A stretch of 64,000 nucleotides of DNA from Octopus sinensis (lineage: Eukaryota), in NCBI RefSeq assembly GCF_006345805.1, contig NC_043000.1, positions 59,768,001-59,832,000 of the forward strand. Direction: 5' to 3'. Positions 52,500 through 64,000 of the stretch are shown here, piece after piece. A program made the translations under genes and the position numbers. Every line of letters starts with the position of its first letter. Position 1 is the first letter of the stretch. Under the pieces are notes generated by a model that saw only the letters and a program-made list of their open reading frames with translations, did not search any database and had not been told where the DNA came from.

Positions 52500-54838
52500 A
52501 TCAATATCAGAAAGAAAACTTACTAGCAGAATTCAGGAATCAGAAAAAAAAACCCAGAATGTTAATCTAACAAATGAAAACAAATAGCAAGTAAACAATG
52601 CAGATGAAGAATGGTGAATACGAAGAAAAAAAAGATGTAATGAATGGTAGAGAAAATAGTGTAGGGCAGCTCTGGAAGGCAACAAACACAAAAGTACTAT
52701 AAAAAGAGAAGTAATTTAGTATTTAATCTGATTTAGATGAATCTTAACTTTGTAAATAGTGAAGATAAGCTATCCTCTATGTAGTAAATATAGCTCTTTA
52801 TGACATGGAAGTTTGCCCAACCATATGCCTCCTGAGTGCACAAAGTATTCCAAACCTGTGGCCAAACATAAATGAAGGCTAATCATTATCAGAAGCATCA
52901 TAGAAAGAGGAAAATAATAACCATTGGAGATACAACCAGTGATCAATTATTGAAATATTTATGCCTTGCAAATGATAGAATTCAAAGGAGATACAAAGCC
53001 AGAACATGTGAGTGCATACAACATAGGAGAAAATATTTTAGATTTGGTGAGAAATACCATAACAGTTACATCATAAAATGTCTGAAAAATATTATCATTT
53101 GAACCATTCTTTCAGGAAGGCTAAAACAACTATGCAATAATGAGATATAGCGAAAGCATGAATTATATAAATAAATATAGCATTTTCACTTTTTATTAAA
53201 GAAGAAATATTAAAAAAAATTTTGAAAACTAATGGCTAATTTTAGACAAATTTTGAAGTATCCTCCAGATTAGAAGCAGAATATCAAAGCAGTATTTATA
53301 CTCTTTCACTTCAATCATTTAAATAGTGAAAACATGAAATTCCACAGAGGAATACTGGTATCAGTTTGCTAGAACAACAGCCAAAATCTCTTACAATTCA
53401 TATTCCATCATCTTACAAAGGCACACATTAAATAATATAGTCCAAGATACCCACCAAAGGGAGGGATAGTTACAACTGAACAGTCTTTAATCAAAGGTCT
53501 GTCAATCAGAGCTGACTTGAAGTGAAACAATTAGAGTCCACTGAAAATAGGGAAAGCCTGCATCAGTTATCAGTGTCTAAAGTTCAGAACAAGTTAATTC
53601 ACTGTAATACAGATGAATGAAGATAAAAACATCAATAGATGAATTATAAACCTGACTAACATGGAAAATATTATACATATTTTTACTAAAAAGTTGCATT
53701 GTGCTCAATAAATTATAATTATTATTATTGTTGTATTCTGCACATTTAACATGCAGATCACTAATCAAAATACAAATGAAAATAATAAAGTAAAAATATG
53801 TTTTTATAAATGATCTATTGAACAGTGTAGTCGATATCTAAGAAATTTTGAAAGTCATTGGTCTAGATGAGAAACATTTCAGAAGAACTGCTCTAAAATA
53901 GCAATCACACCACTGTCCTATTGAAAGTACAAAAATACTGAAAAATATTTCTTTAACTATAGAGAAATTGCAAATGATTAACAATATTTTCTCAAGACTT
54001 CAGTGTTAATATTATATGAAGAGCTATATAATACAGAAAATCCATATTTATAATGTCAGTATATCATGTACAATGTACATACATATACTAGCATTAACTT
54101 TTATTATACTCATAAAAATCAGCAATAATATATGACAATCATTACCCTAAATACTGGTTTAATATATATTTCTTCATGGTGAAATATATTAAAATGCTGT
54201 AAATAGAGAGCATCGCCACATATGTTCCAACATATCATTTGTGAAACCTAATTATTTCTATTCTCATGTAACTGCTTCAGGTCAATACACTTTCATTCAA
54301 TTTTACTACTCAACCCTGTGTGTAATGCTCACGTAATTATGTTGCGGTGTTCTCTTGCAGATAATATCTAATGCTTCTGATTTCCAATCACTTACTTTGA
54401 CATATTTTCATTTAATCTACCTCACATGTTTATTTTTTACTTTTCCTACCATATTTTTCTCCAGTCATCTGACTATATTGCGAAAATTCTTCACACCATG
54501 AAAATATTTAATGCACTTGTAATAAAATTTACCTTTCATAAAAGAATTTCTTTGTTTGCAAATGAGATAGATGTCCTCACTTTCTTCCAAATATCCCATA
54601 CTGATGTCACTATACTATCACTCACTCAACAGCCAGTCTCAATTATAATACTTCAAAAGCATGTTTTATCTAATAATTTAATCAGACAATTAGGACAATT
54701 AATCTCTTGAGGTCTTGGTTACTCATAGTGTAAGCTGTACTTCTGTACAGCTTATGTTAATTCTCTGCAACATTATCAGCAGCAAACCCACAGCAATTTT
54801 TGTCTTATAACATATTAAATTAATAGATTATTGAGAGA

Positions 54839-55424
54839 AATTAGGTAAGTTGAAATATGTTTGTCACATATTTCAACTGCTAAAAGGCAAATACACTGCA
54901 GTTACTGTGGAGAATATATCTCTCTTATGGTAAAAAGGTGTGAAAACTCCTGGTTTATTCAGTGTTGCCATCTATTAGGAATCTCAGACATTGATGTTTC
55001 AAGCTTCTTGGCTCTTGTCAATGAGATGTACCAAAGAGAAGCAACTCTGAACGAACTTATAAAACCATAGCTTTATGTATAATTCAGTCAAACTATGCCT
55101 AAACACTGCTTAGCACTAAAACTTTGTTATTTTCCCTTGGTCAGGTGATCTACTAGCGCAAATCAGTCAACGTGTTGACTGAATTATACATAAAGTTATG
55201 GCTTTATAAGTTCATTCAGAGTCGCCTCTCTTAGGTACATCTCATTGACAAGAGCCAAGAAGTACGAAACATCGATGTCTGAGATTTCTAATAGATGGGG
55301 ACACTGAACAAATTGAGTGTTTTCACACCTTACCATAAGAGAGATATATTCTCCAGGGTAACTTCAGTGTATTGGTCTTTTAGCAGTTGAAATATATGAC
55401 AAACATATTTCAACTTAACTAATT
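54839..55424. repeat. Long inverted repeat, ~250-bp arms (54839-55091 and 55175-55424), ~85-bp spacer
   Basis: The reverse complement of arm 2 aligns end to end with arm 1 at roughly 85-90% by eye. Confidence 0.95.
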
Positions 55425-56693
55425 CTACTCATGTCTAAACACTGCTTAGCGCTAACACTTTGTTAACAGATTATTGTTTTCCTTTGTTCTGAACATGTTA
55501 GGGTTCGAAAGATTACTACAGACTAATATTATATAGTTTTGGTTACATTTACCTTCAGATTTTGTTTTTATATTCCAGTCAATTTTATTGTAGCTTCCAT
55601 ATTTTCATAAGCAGTATGACTTTTGTAACTAAAATACACATCAAGAACTCAAAATGATAAATATAAAGATTTGAGATATTTTTATTTCCAACTGAGATTT
55701 ATTAGTAAACACTGCTGTTGCAATCTCAATCAATATCTTTATTGGATAACTGAACTGATCAATGAAATGAAACTATAAAAGATAAGAAATGCATGTATAG
55801 TCTCTATACTGTTACACATTAGTTGCCTTTGTTATCTCATCACATCTTAACATTGCTTGTGACAGGAAGAGGGTAAATTTCTTATCCCAACTGAAGAAAT
55901 GGTAAAATTAAGACCACAATGCACTATACCACTGCTTTCATGACACACTTTTGTTGGTCTACAAGAAACTTATGAAGGCAGAAACACTCTTCCCATCCTT
56001 CTTCCCATCTATAACTATATTTAAGCACAACAGTTTAAAACTAAATCAAATGTTACAAATGAACCTAACAACTATCTGCTTCGCTCCATGGGTCTTTTCT
56101 TGAAATGTAACCATGAAGAGCATATATTTATTTTCTCCCCTTCATGCTGAGACATGGTATTATCTGCAGCAAAGGTACTGCATTCTATGAAGTGAAAACA
56201 TGCTGTTCAGAATTACATTTTTAGAGAGGGTTCTTTAGTGATTAACACATGGTGTTAGTTTTAAACAACTGCACCTTCATATCAGTAATCATGGGAGGTG
56301 CAACAGTCACTGATATCTAGATATTCAGACGATGGCAAATAACACACAGGAATGTCTGTGGCCATCCAATGAAATACTCCGTCAAGCCACAGAAAATTCA
56401 AGAAACTAGAAAATAACCAATGAAATTGGTAGCTAATAAAATCCTGAACACTATAAAAGTTGAGAGCTGTGTAAGTTGTAAGTTGCAAGTAATATTCACG
56501 ACATTTTTGAAAAGATGGAAGAAATAGAATAGTAAATAAGTCATAGCAGAATTTCAACAGTAGAATGCTGTAATTCGTTTTTGTTTTACAAAATTGTTTC
56601 CGGTAGAAATTCTGAACATTCATACCATTTTAAATAATACAGTAAGCAGTATAAAAAGTAAGGTTTATAATAACAAATGATAGTAATAATAAT

Positions 56694-57200
56694 ATGTGGG
56701 GCATGAAGGTGAAAACAATACCAGTAATAATTAGAACATTAGGCATGATAAAAATCACATGAACAAAAACGTAGAAGCTATACCTGGATCCACAACACTA
56801 CACACTATCCAAAAATAGGCCTGTTAGGAACAACCCATATCCTACACAAGAGACTATCAATTCGATAATACAACCAAAACAAAACAATTCACAAACACAA
56901 GACAGGCTCTATATAGAAAATATCCAATAAAATAAACTACCACCAGCATGCCAACTACCCAATGCATTACACATAATACAAACATATATACAACAAAAGA
57001 TTGCACCACACTCCATAAAAAAAAGAAACTGATGCAATACAAAGAGTCTGCACAATCCCAACAACAAAAAAGAATACACAATGCTGCACACATCCCAGCA
57101 ACGTGGAGGTGGAGCAGGTGATGAAATAGAAATTTACCTGAAACTACCAAATGGTGAACAATGAGGAGGAGGAGGACGACGACGATGACAACAACAACAA
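56694..57200 (+). mobile_element. 5'-truncated non-LTR retrotransposon with restriction-like endonuclease C-terminus (R4/Dong/NeSL-like), 3' UTR and trinucleotide tail
   Basis: MWGMKVKTIPVIIRTLGMIK..IPGSTTLHTIQK..LLGTTHILHKRLSIR* (stop at 56866-56868) matches the IP.IIGALG..QK.ALLGT.HIL motif. Preceded by (AAT)n-like sequence. Confidence 0.8.
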
Positions 57201-57204
57201 TCCT

Positions 57205-57765
57205 TCCTCCTAAAACCACAAGGCCTGAAATTTGGGAGATAGGAGTAAGTTAAATTACATTGATCCCAGTGCATATCTGATACTTATTTCATTGACCCCA
57301 AAAGAATGAAAGACAAAGTCGACCTCAGTGGAATTTGAACTCAGAATGTAAAGACGGATGAAATGTCGCTAAGCATTTTGTCCGGTGTGCTAACAATCCT
57401 GCTAGATTGCCACCTTAATAATATTAAGTTCAGTAATTCTGAAGGAGGGGCAAGTTGATTACATCGACCACCTCCTCCCCATCAGTACTCAACTGGTAGA
57501 TATTCTTTTAATCTTGAAAAGATAAAATGCAAAGCCAACCTAGGCAGAATTTGAACTCAGAATGTAAAAACAGACGAAATGCCACTAAGCATTTTGTTGG
57601 AATGCTAATGCATCTGCAAACTTGCTGTCTTGATGATGATGATAATGATCAAAATAATTGTTTCTAGCATAAAGCAAAGGGCCTGAAATTTTGAAGAAGG
57701 GGGTTAGTCTATTAGATTGAATCTATTACATGACTGGTACCTTATTTTATCAACCCCACAGGGAT
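57205..57765 (-). mobile_element. Three head-to-tail copies of the GTCGACTTTG-core SINE
   Basis: Units at ~57205-57420, ~57430-57630 and ~57665-57765 (the last lacks its head). Confidence 0.85.
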
Positions 57766-58989
57766 TGGAGGTATCATATGTCTTGAGGAAGCCAGTTGGA
57801 TGAGACATTAAAAAGACAAATATGGTGGTTTACATGAAAATAGGATGAAAAAAATGGAATGAGATAAAAATAGTAGACACAGGATAAAAATGTTATAGCC
57901 AATAGAAAAAAGAGGCAACTAGGGCTAATCAAATAACTCCTCAGAGTCAAGATAACCTCAACTATCAACTTTCAAAATGACATTCTTTAACCAATCGATG
58001 CATGTTGAAATTACACCCATTCACTCATGCCATTCTCACCAGACACTCACCTTTTAATAAATTTGCTGCAATATAGCACTTTCTTCTCTACCCTCACATT
58101 TTTTTCTAAATTTAAGGGTTGAAGAGGAAAGTGCTTTCAGCACCTACTTCGCATTTGCTACAAGAGAAAAACTGCCCACCTCTGACAGTTAAAGGAAAGA
58201 GGTGGTGGAGCAATTTTCTCAATAGATTCAGTTGATAACTAAATCTTTCCTATACACAACACCAGTTGATGAACATAACTCCTTAAAACGGTAATGCTAG
58301 AACAAAGAATGAGTGCATGCGGAATGATTTTGTTGCTCTGTATGTATCTTGGACAGGCTTATTCATGGCAATTCCATGCCTGTAAAGTTTATCTCAAACC
58401 AGTATTGCCTCTCAGTAGCACTTCCAGGTCAAGAATTTCTGATAATTATACATTATTCCTCCAGAATATAACACATAAATTTGGCACATGATCATTCATT
58501 GTATAGTAAAGGTAAGTAAATGTAATCAATCCCAGTATTTGACTAGAACTTGCTTTAACAGTGAAAGGAAAAGCTGACATTTATAGGTTTTAAACTCAGT
58601 TTCTCTCAGATTTTGAGGAAAAGTGTAGTAATTTAAATTGACTCAAGTTCTTAACTGTTACGTTATTTTATTAACCCAAAATGTAAAGGTATGTATTGCC
58701 ACACTACTGACCTAATAATGACAGTGAGGATGGTGATTTCTTGCTGAGAAACAAAAGCTTAGGAACACGAGTGAATTTAATTGACCTTAATATATATGAG
58801 ATGCTAAATTGGATGATAGTGGAGCAATTACTGATGTTGTATTATCTAATCTTCTAAACATAAATAATTTTGGAGTAAATGGGGTAACAAAATGCCCATT
58901 TTCATAGAATTTTATGGTGAGGCAAAAACAGACAATAATTGTTATTCTAATTACTCTCACCAATTATATAAATCAGTGTATTACTTAGA

Positions 58990-59370
58990 GTTAGGTCCTC
59001 TTCATGTACAATCAATCTGCTGAAGTTCTTTCTGCTCCTGTTCAACTAGTCTTTGTGCATTTGAGATTTCACTTGAATGTGTGATGCCAGACATTCTTGG
59101 GCTGGCCCTTTTTCTATTTTCCTTGTTCCAGTGTCCATATCATTGTAGCTTTTGTATGCTGAACGGCTGGTAAGTACAAATGGTGACCTGCCAAGTAAAA
59201 CTGAAGTAGTGCCACAGTATTTTGAAGTAGTTGGGATTTGTTTCACAAAGGAATTTCCTTTTCATATCCATTTCCTGGCTACCTTTGCTGCCATTTCCAC
59301 CTGCTACTATATAGAACCTCTGGCAGAATTATTGCTCTATGTAGCCAAGCCTTCATACACTTATTTTATC
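58990..59370 (-). mobile_element. Degenerate RTE-clade LINE 3' fragment
   Basis: Minus translation LAGHHLYLPAVQHTKATMIWTLEQGK*KKGQPKNVWHHTFK*NL, matching LAGH.LR....P...W....KR.RGRP..TW..T...DL. Confidence 0.75.
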
Positions 59371-61068
59371 AACACCCTTTCATAAATACAAAAAAGATGT
59401 TAGACAAAATTGAGTCTTAACAAAATCTGACTAGGGAAACAACAGTATCAAAACCTAGTGTTCTAATGTCTTTCCTATCATCCACAACTACTTTTTACAG
59501 TATTCTAAATGATATGGTAATGAATAGATGATAGGCTGGTTTTATAATACAGATTTCTTACATACAAACAGTAACTTAAATGTTTAATGAAGAGAAATAA
59601 TACATGTATTTTTTCATGGTCTTTATCAACTTACAAGTCAAAAACATACAGAAGTCAGCCTTTTGGAAACTGAGAAACCCATTCTGGCACCTGAGATTTT
59701 AAAGGAAAGAAAAAAGGGATTTATGATGTTCTTATTCATCAAAGAAAATTATGAATGTCAGGGAAATAAAATAGTTTCAAACAGAACCCAAATCAAGGTC
59801 TGCTCCTTTGGGACATGTTCTAGTTGTTGTTCAGCCCTGATCAATTAAACTTCTGCTCAAAGTTAATCTAGCAAGAAACAGTCTGTTCTTTTCTTCCAAC
59901 ACAATGTATCTATGATCACATAGTCCAAAGAGTCCTTCTCCCCCACTTTTTTTGTTTCTTTTTTTTTAGATAAATGGCAGAGCATGATACAAATGAGAGT
60001 TGGTTGCTATTTCTTCGTCTCAGTAACACAGACTTCTTCATTGGTTCATAGAAAACATTAATAGTCCATACTTTATATTAATTGCTGAATGATGAAACAG
60101 ATTATGACAAACAGGAAATAATATTACAACTGCAATGATTATGATGATGATAACAACCACGATAAGGGGAGAGGAGTATTTTTTAATGATGAATCAAAAG
60201 TTACAGGAGAAGGGAAATGTAATATTTAATTTTTTTGAAATGTATTGATTGGTAGCCTAAGTGAAGTATTTCTAACCAGAGAAAGAAAGGACTGAACCAC
60301 AAATTCCATTTGCTGACAAACTATCATAACTTCATTTGTCAATAAGTTATAATAATCATTTCTAATACAGACACAAGATTAGGAATTTGGTGGGGGTGGG
60401 TATGAATTGACTGGTATTTTATCAACTCTAGAAGAATGAAAGGTGAAGTTGATGTAGGCAGTTCTGCCAATCCACATTAACAGTAATAGTTTAATGAAAC
60501 ATGAAATCACAGTTAAGTGGAAACACTGGTCTTTTGATTCAAAATAAAAGGAAATTAATAGTCAGTTCTTATTCTTTCAAAAGAGTTTATATTTGACAAT
60601 TAGCACAGACCTCTAGATGCTCTATAGATCACAACAGATACTTTCTACATCATTACTCTCTTTCCTACCTACACTGTTGGTTATATTACTTTGAACAAAT
60701 GGAGATAATATAGTGCAATGAGGACTCGTTTGTCTTATGTGGTATGAGGTAACTTCAGAGTACTGGAGCCACAATAGAATGTACCCCAGTACATTGTAAG
60801 TGGCAGGTAAAATGAAGACAATACATGCTCAAGAGGACCCTTTAGCCTCATCTCATCAAGAACATGACAACCTTTCTAGTGCTAGTGCCATGACAAAATG
60901 CACCCAATACACTCTGTAACATGGTTCATGCCAGGAAGGACATCCAGCTATAAGCCATACCAAATATAGAACCTACAAATAACACAAGTCTTCATCATGT
61001 CTAGGAAGGCAGTAACTCAAAACAAGAACTTATTCAAATTGTATCCAATCTATGTCTTAATGGAAAGT

Positions 61069-61436
61069 GGCACTCTGTCGGTTACGAAGACGAGGGTTCC
61101 AGTTCATCCAATCAATGGAACAGCCAGCTTGTGAAATTAACGTGCAAGTGGCTGAGCACTCCACAGACACATGTACCCTTAACGTAGTTCTCAGGGAGAT
61201 TTAGCATGACACAGAGTGTGACAAGGGTGGCCCTTTGAAATACAGTCAAAACAAAACAGGAAGAAAGAGTGAGAGAAAGTTGTGGTGAAAGAGTACAGCA
61301 GGACTTGCAACCCCCCCCCCTACCGGAGCCTTGTGGAGCTTTAGGTGTTTTTGCTCAGTAAACATTCACAACACCCAGTCCTATAATCCTATGACCACGA
61401 GTCCTTGCCCTAACCACTGGACCATTGCGCCTCCAC
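61069..61436 (-). mobile_element. tRNA-derived SINE with 10-bp TSD, inserted into an RTE-tail repeat
   Basis: TSD TAATGGAAAG at 61058-61067 and 61437-61446. Head GTGGAGGCGCAATGGTCCAGTGGTTAGG; the flanks rejoin into the ccaatctatg..atggaaag..taaaatgatgatg tail. Confidence 0.9.
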
Positions 61437-62999
61437 TAATGGAAAGGAGATGTAAAATGATGATGATAAAATAGATCTATGAATTCACAAAGCAAGTTTC
61501 TAATTGGTTGCATAAACTACTGGCAATATTACTCAAATCTCTTTTAAACTATTCTTCAATTGTTTAAAAATCAAAATACATTTTGACGAATTCAAATCAG
61601 AAAATATATGCCTGCAAAGGTCACAAATGGAAAACAGGTTAAATGATAAAAAGCCAATTCAGGAAACAAGCACCACATGTGAAAAAGTTACAAAAGTGAA
61701 TGACTCTACAAAAAACAGACAATTCAGTTATCAAAAGTCAAGGATCGTCCCAGCACAAAGCACACCTACACATGACTCAAATCACAACAAAACATGAAAA
61801 TGTGAGTCAACGCGCAGACGTCTACACCAGCGGTTTTAAAATAGTACACTATAGTACACTGGTGCACCACAAGCAAGATCCAGGAACCCCATGGATTTTA
61901 GAAAATATAATTTAAGGCTTAAGAGAATCCATACTACTGGTTGAGTTATTTAGAATTTTGTAATATTCAAGTTTGATTAATAAATCAAGTTAAGTAATAA
62001 TTTTTCCCTAAATTTTTACCTTCAAACAGCAGTCAAATTTCACTCACACTATCCCTACTATCTTAAAAAGTTAAGAACAGATTTGATAGTGTTATCCCAG
62101 ATATATAGGAGGATGAAAATAGGATATGGAGTGGTCATGGTTGCAGTTTCGTTTTCATCATAGGTGTGTTGGATCACAATTGACTCAGAGCTAAGTAAGA
62201 TGATGTGATACCAGAAATATCTTTGTTGCATTCCTATTAAAATTTAAGGCTCTTAACAATCCAATTTTATTCACTACAATATGACGACTAAAACAACCAT
62301 TAGACTACAACATAATTCAAAATTTACATCTTTTTATCAACATGTAGTGGAGTAACATTTGTAAGAATTTGGACTGAGCTTTTAGTCAAACAAAATCTTT
62401 CTCTTTACTCCCACCAGTCTTCATACATACCACCTGAAAAAAGTCATAAGTGTTGCCCTTTTGCCTATAAAATGCCAAAGAAACAGGGATTGAGAAAGGC
62501 TAATTCTCACTATATAATCATAACACACAAAAATCTAAAATAACAGTACAGCGCAGATGGCATGAAAAATTTTGTGAATTGAACTTTCATCACATAAAAT
62601 ATTCCCATCACAGAAACTCTTACAGAACAAATTAAATTCTAGATTACTGCTCTGGTAAAGCAGGACAGGTCAAACCATAGTGGGGCCTCATAAAATTATG
62701 TACCTAGTATATAATTACAAAGCAATGTTTGAACTCATTTACAGTATAGTATCATGCTAGAAATTTAAGTGTTCAAGATAAAAACTAGCAACATGGAATA
62801 CTTTAACATAATACACTTATCACCATCACCTTCATAAACTATTCCATGAATTTACACACTTCTGTCATAACAGCTTAGCAAACTCTAACACTTAAATTAC
62901 AGAGACTTCAAAGCATACAGCACATATAGTAAAATAAAATTCTGATGATGAGAGATGACACAATAGCATCCTAAATAAATTCCCTTTATTTCACCAAGA

Positions 63000-63230
63000 T
63001 AACTACAATAACAAACTCCTCCTCAGACTTCACCTTCTGCTCCACAAACCTAACTACTATAATCACATGGCAAACAAACTCCTCCACCCCACCCTCACAC
63101 CTGTCTTCTGATCACCTCTTGCCCATCATTGCCACAACACATTTAGACATCAATGAACAAAAAAATAATTTTAGACATTTCAAAAATGTCTAGTTGTACC
63201 ACTTCACTGAGAATTATAGTTTACAGAATT
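63000..63230 (+). mobile_element. LINE APE-endonuclease C-terminal fragment
   Basis: SSSDFTFCSTNLTTIITWQT..LSSDHLLPII..NFRHFKNV*LYHFTE, containing the D.T..W..SDH.P[IV] motif and the following F..ANW-like linker. Confidence 0.65.
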
Positions 63231-63399
63231 GAAGACCATAATCACCAACAAAAATACAACACATATTTAACAAAAGCATTTAAAAAAAATTTAGTCAGAG
63301 GAGGATCAGTTCACATGATCTTCATAGGTTCTTCTGGACTGGTGAGACTGATGTGGTTGATATTCAGTTTGAATATCAAAGGTCCCCTCCTCCTCCTCA

Positions 63400-63660
63400 T
63401 TTAATATCTGTTTTCCATGCTGGCATGTGTTAGATGGTTTGGCTGGAGTTGGAAAGCCAGAGAGCTGCACGAGGCTCCAGTCATCTTTTTTGGCTTGGTT
63501 TTAACAGCTGGATGTCCCTGCCAATCATTTTACAGAGTGTACTGGGTGTCTTTTACGTATCAGTGGCATAGTGCTTTTTATGTCACCAGCACTGCCCATG
63601 ACTACAATTTCATTTAACCTTCTCAAGCACAGCAAATTGTCAGAAGTCTTGGTCATCTGC
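63400..63660 (-). mobile_element. RTE-LINE 3'-tail-type repeat
   Basis: Reverse complement of the 40750-40962 family, extending to ..cttctcaagcacagc. Confidence 0.75.
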
Positions 63661-64000
63661 AGGAAAAGTGCAAGTGCCCAAGGGGGAGGAGCATTTTGAG
63701 AAAAGACTGGATAAAGCATTTAGAAGACTCAGTGGAGTGATACAAAAAGGCAGAGCTGAAGAAAGGAGAGATGGATGTGACAACTGGACTTTGGTTGAAG
63801 AATATACAGTCAGCTAGTTTGGAAGATTAGAGGATATTGTAATAGCATCAGACATATGAAAGAAGAAACAACATGTCCGTGGTGGGCTAGTTGTAGTAGA
63901 ATGCTATTGATTAATTTTTTGCTAATCAGCCATATAGTCTTTTTATGAATGGAATCTATATTGTTTTTTACATGGAGCAGTAGCACTTCCCCACATTTGT

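Noticed and set aside
58164-58223. Imperfect ~18-bp hairpin
   Set aside because: 4-nt bulge and too few pairs for a pre-miRNA; no known mature sequence.
58294-58491. 65-aa ORF with a signal-peptide-like start
   Set aside because: No cysteine framework or cleavage motifs; runs into a SINE remnant; likely chance.
1-64000. tRNA genes, rRNA, snoRNA, CRISPR arrays, prokaryotic operons
   Set aside because: A/B-box-like motifs occur only in SINE heads without a cloverleaf; no correctly spaced C/D box pair noticed; no repeat-spacer array; architecture is eukaryotic.

Overview
AT-rich (about one third GC by eye), repeat-dense eukaryotic DNA. The SINE, RTE-tail, maT and microsatellite families resemble those I recall from coleoid cephalopods (Octopus); this assignment is inferred, not database-checked. 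I could not confidently identify a host protein-coding gene, tRNA, rRNA or CRISPR array. Nearly all listed ORFs are microsatellite read-throughs, antisense transposon frames or chance ORFs. Best-supported content: a decayed DD34D mariner (~225-1305); an internally deleted DD37D maT element (1412-2265); a degenerate Ty3/Gypsy LTR retrotransposon (minus strand, ~18.3-21.7 kb) nested in a non-autonomous hAT; a hAT MITE with a perfect 8-bp TSD (43647-43971); RTE, restriction-like-endonuclease and APE LINE fragments; and many tRNA-derived SINEs and microsatellites. Structures those features do not explain: a perfect 74-bp palindrome at the maT end; a ~250-bp inverted duplication with fold-back junctions (54839-55465); a 53-bp direct repeat 3.8 kb apart; candidate recursive-splice (AG|GTAAG) sites; a hammerhead-like motif in a Penelope-like terminus; and several low-confidence exon candidates. 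Repeat boundaries are approximate unless a TSD or TIR is quoted.
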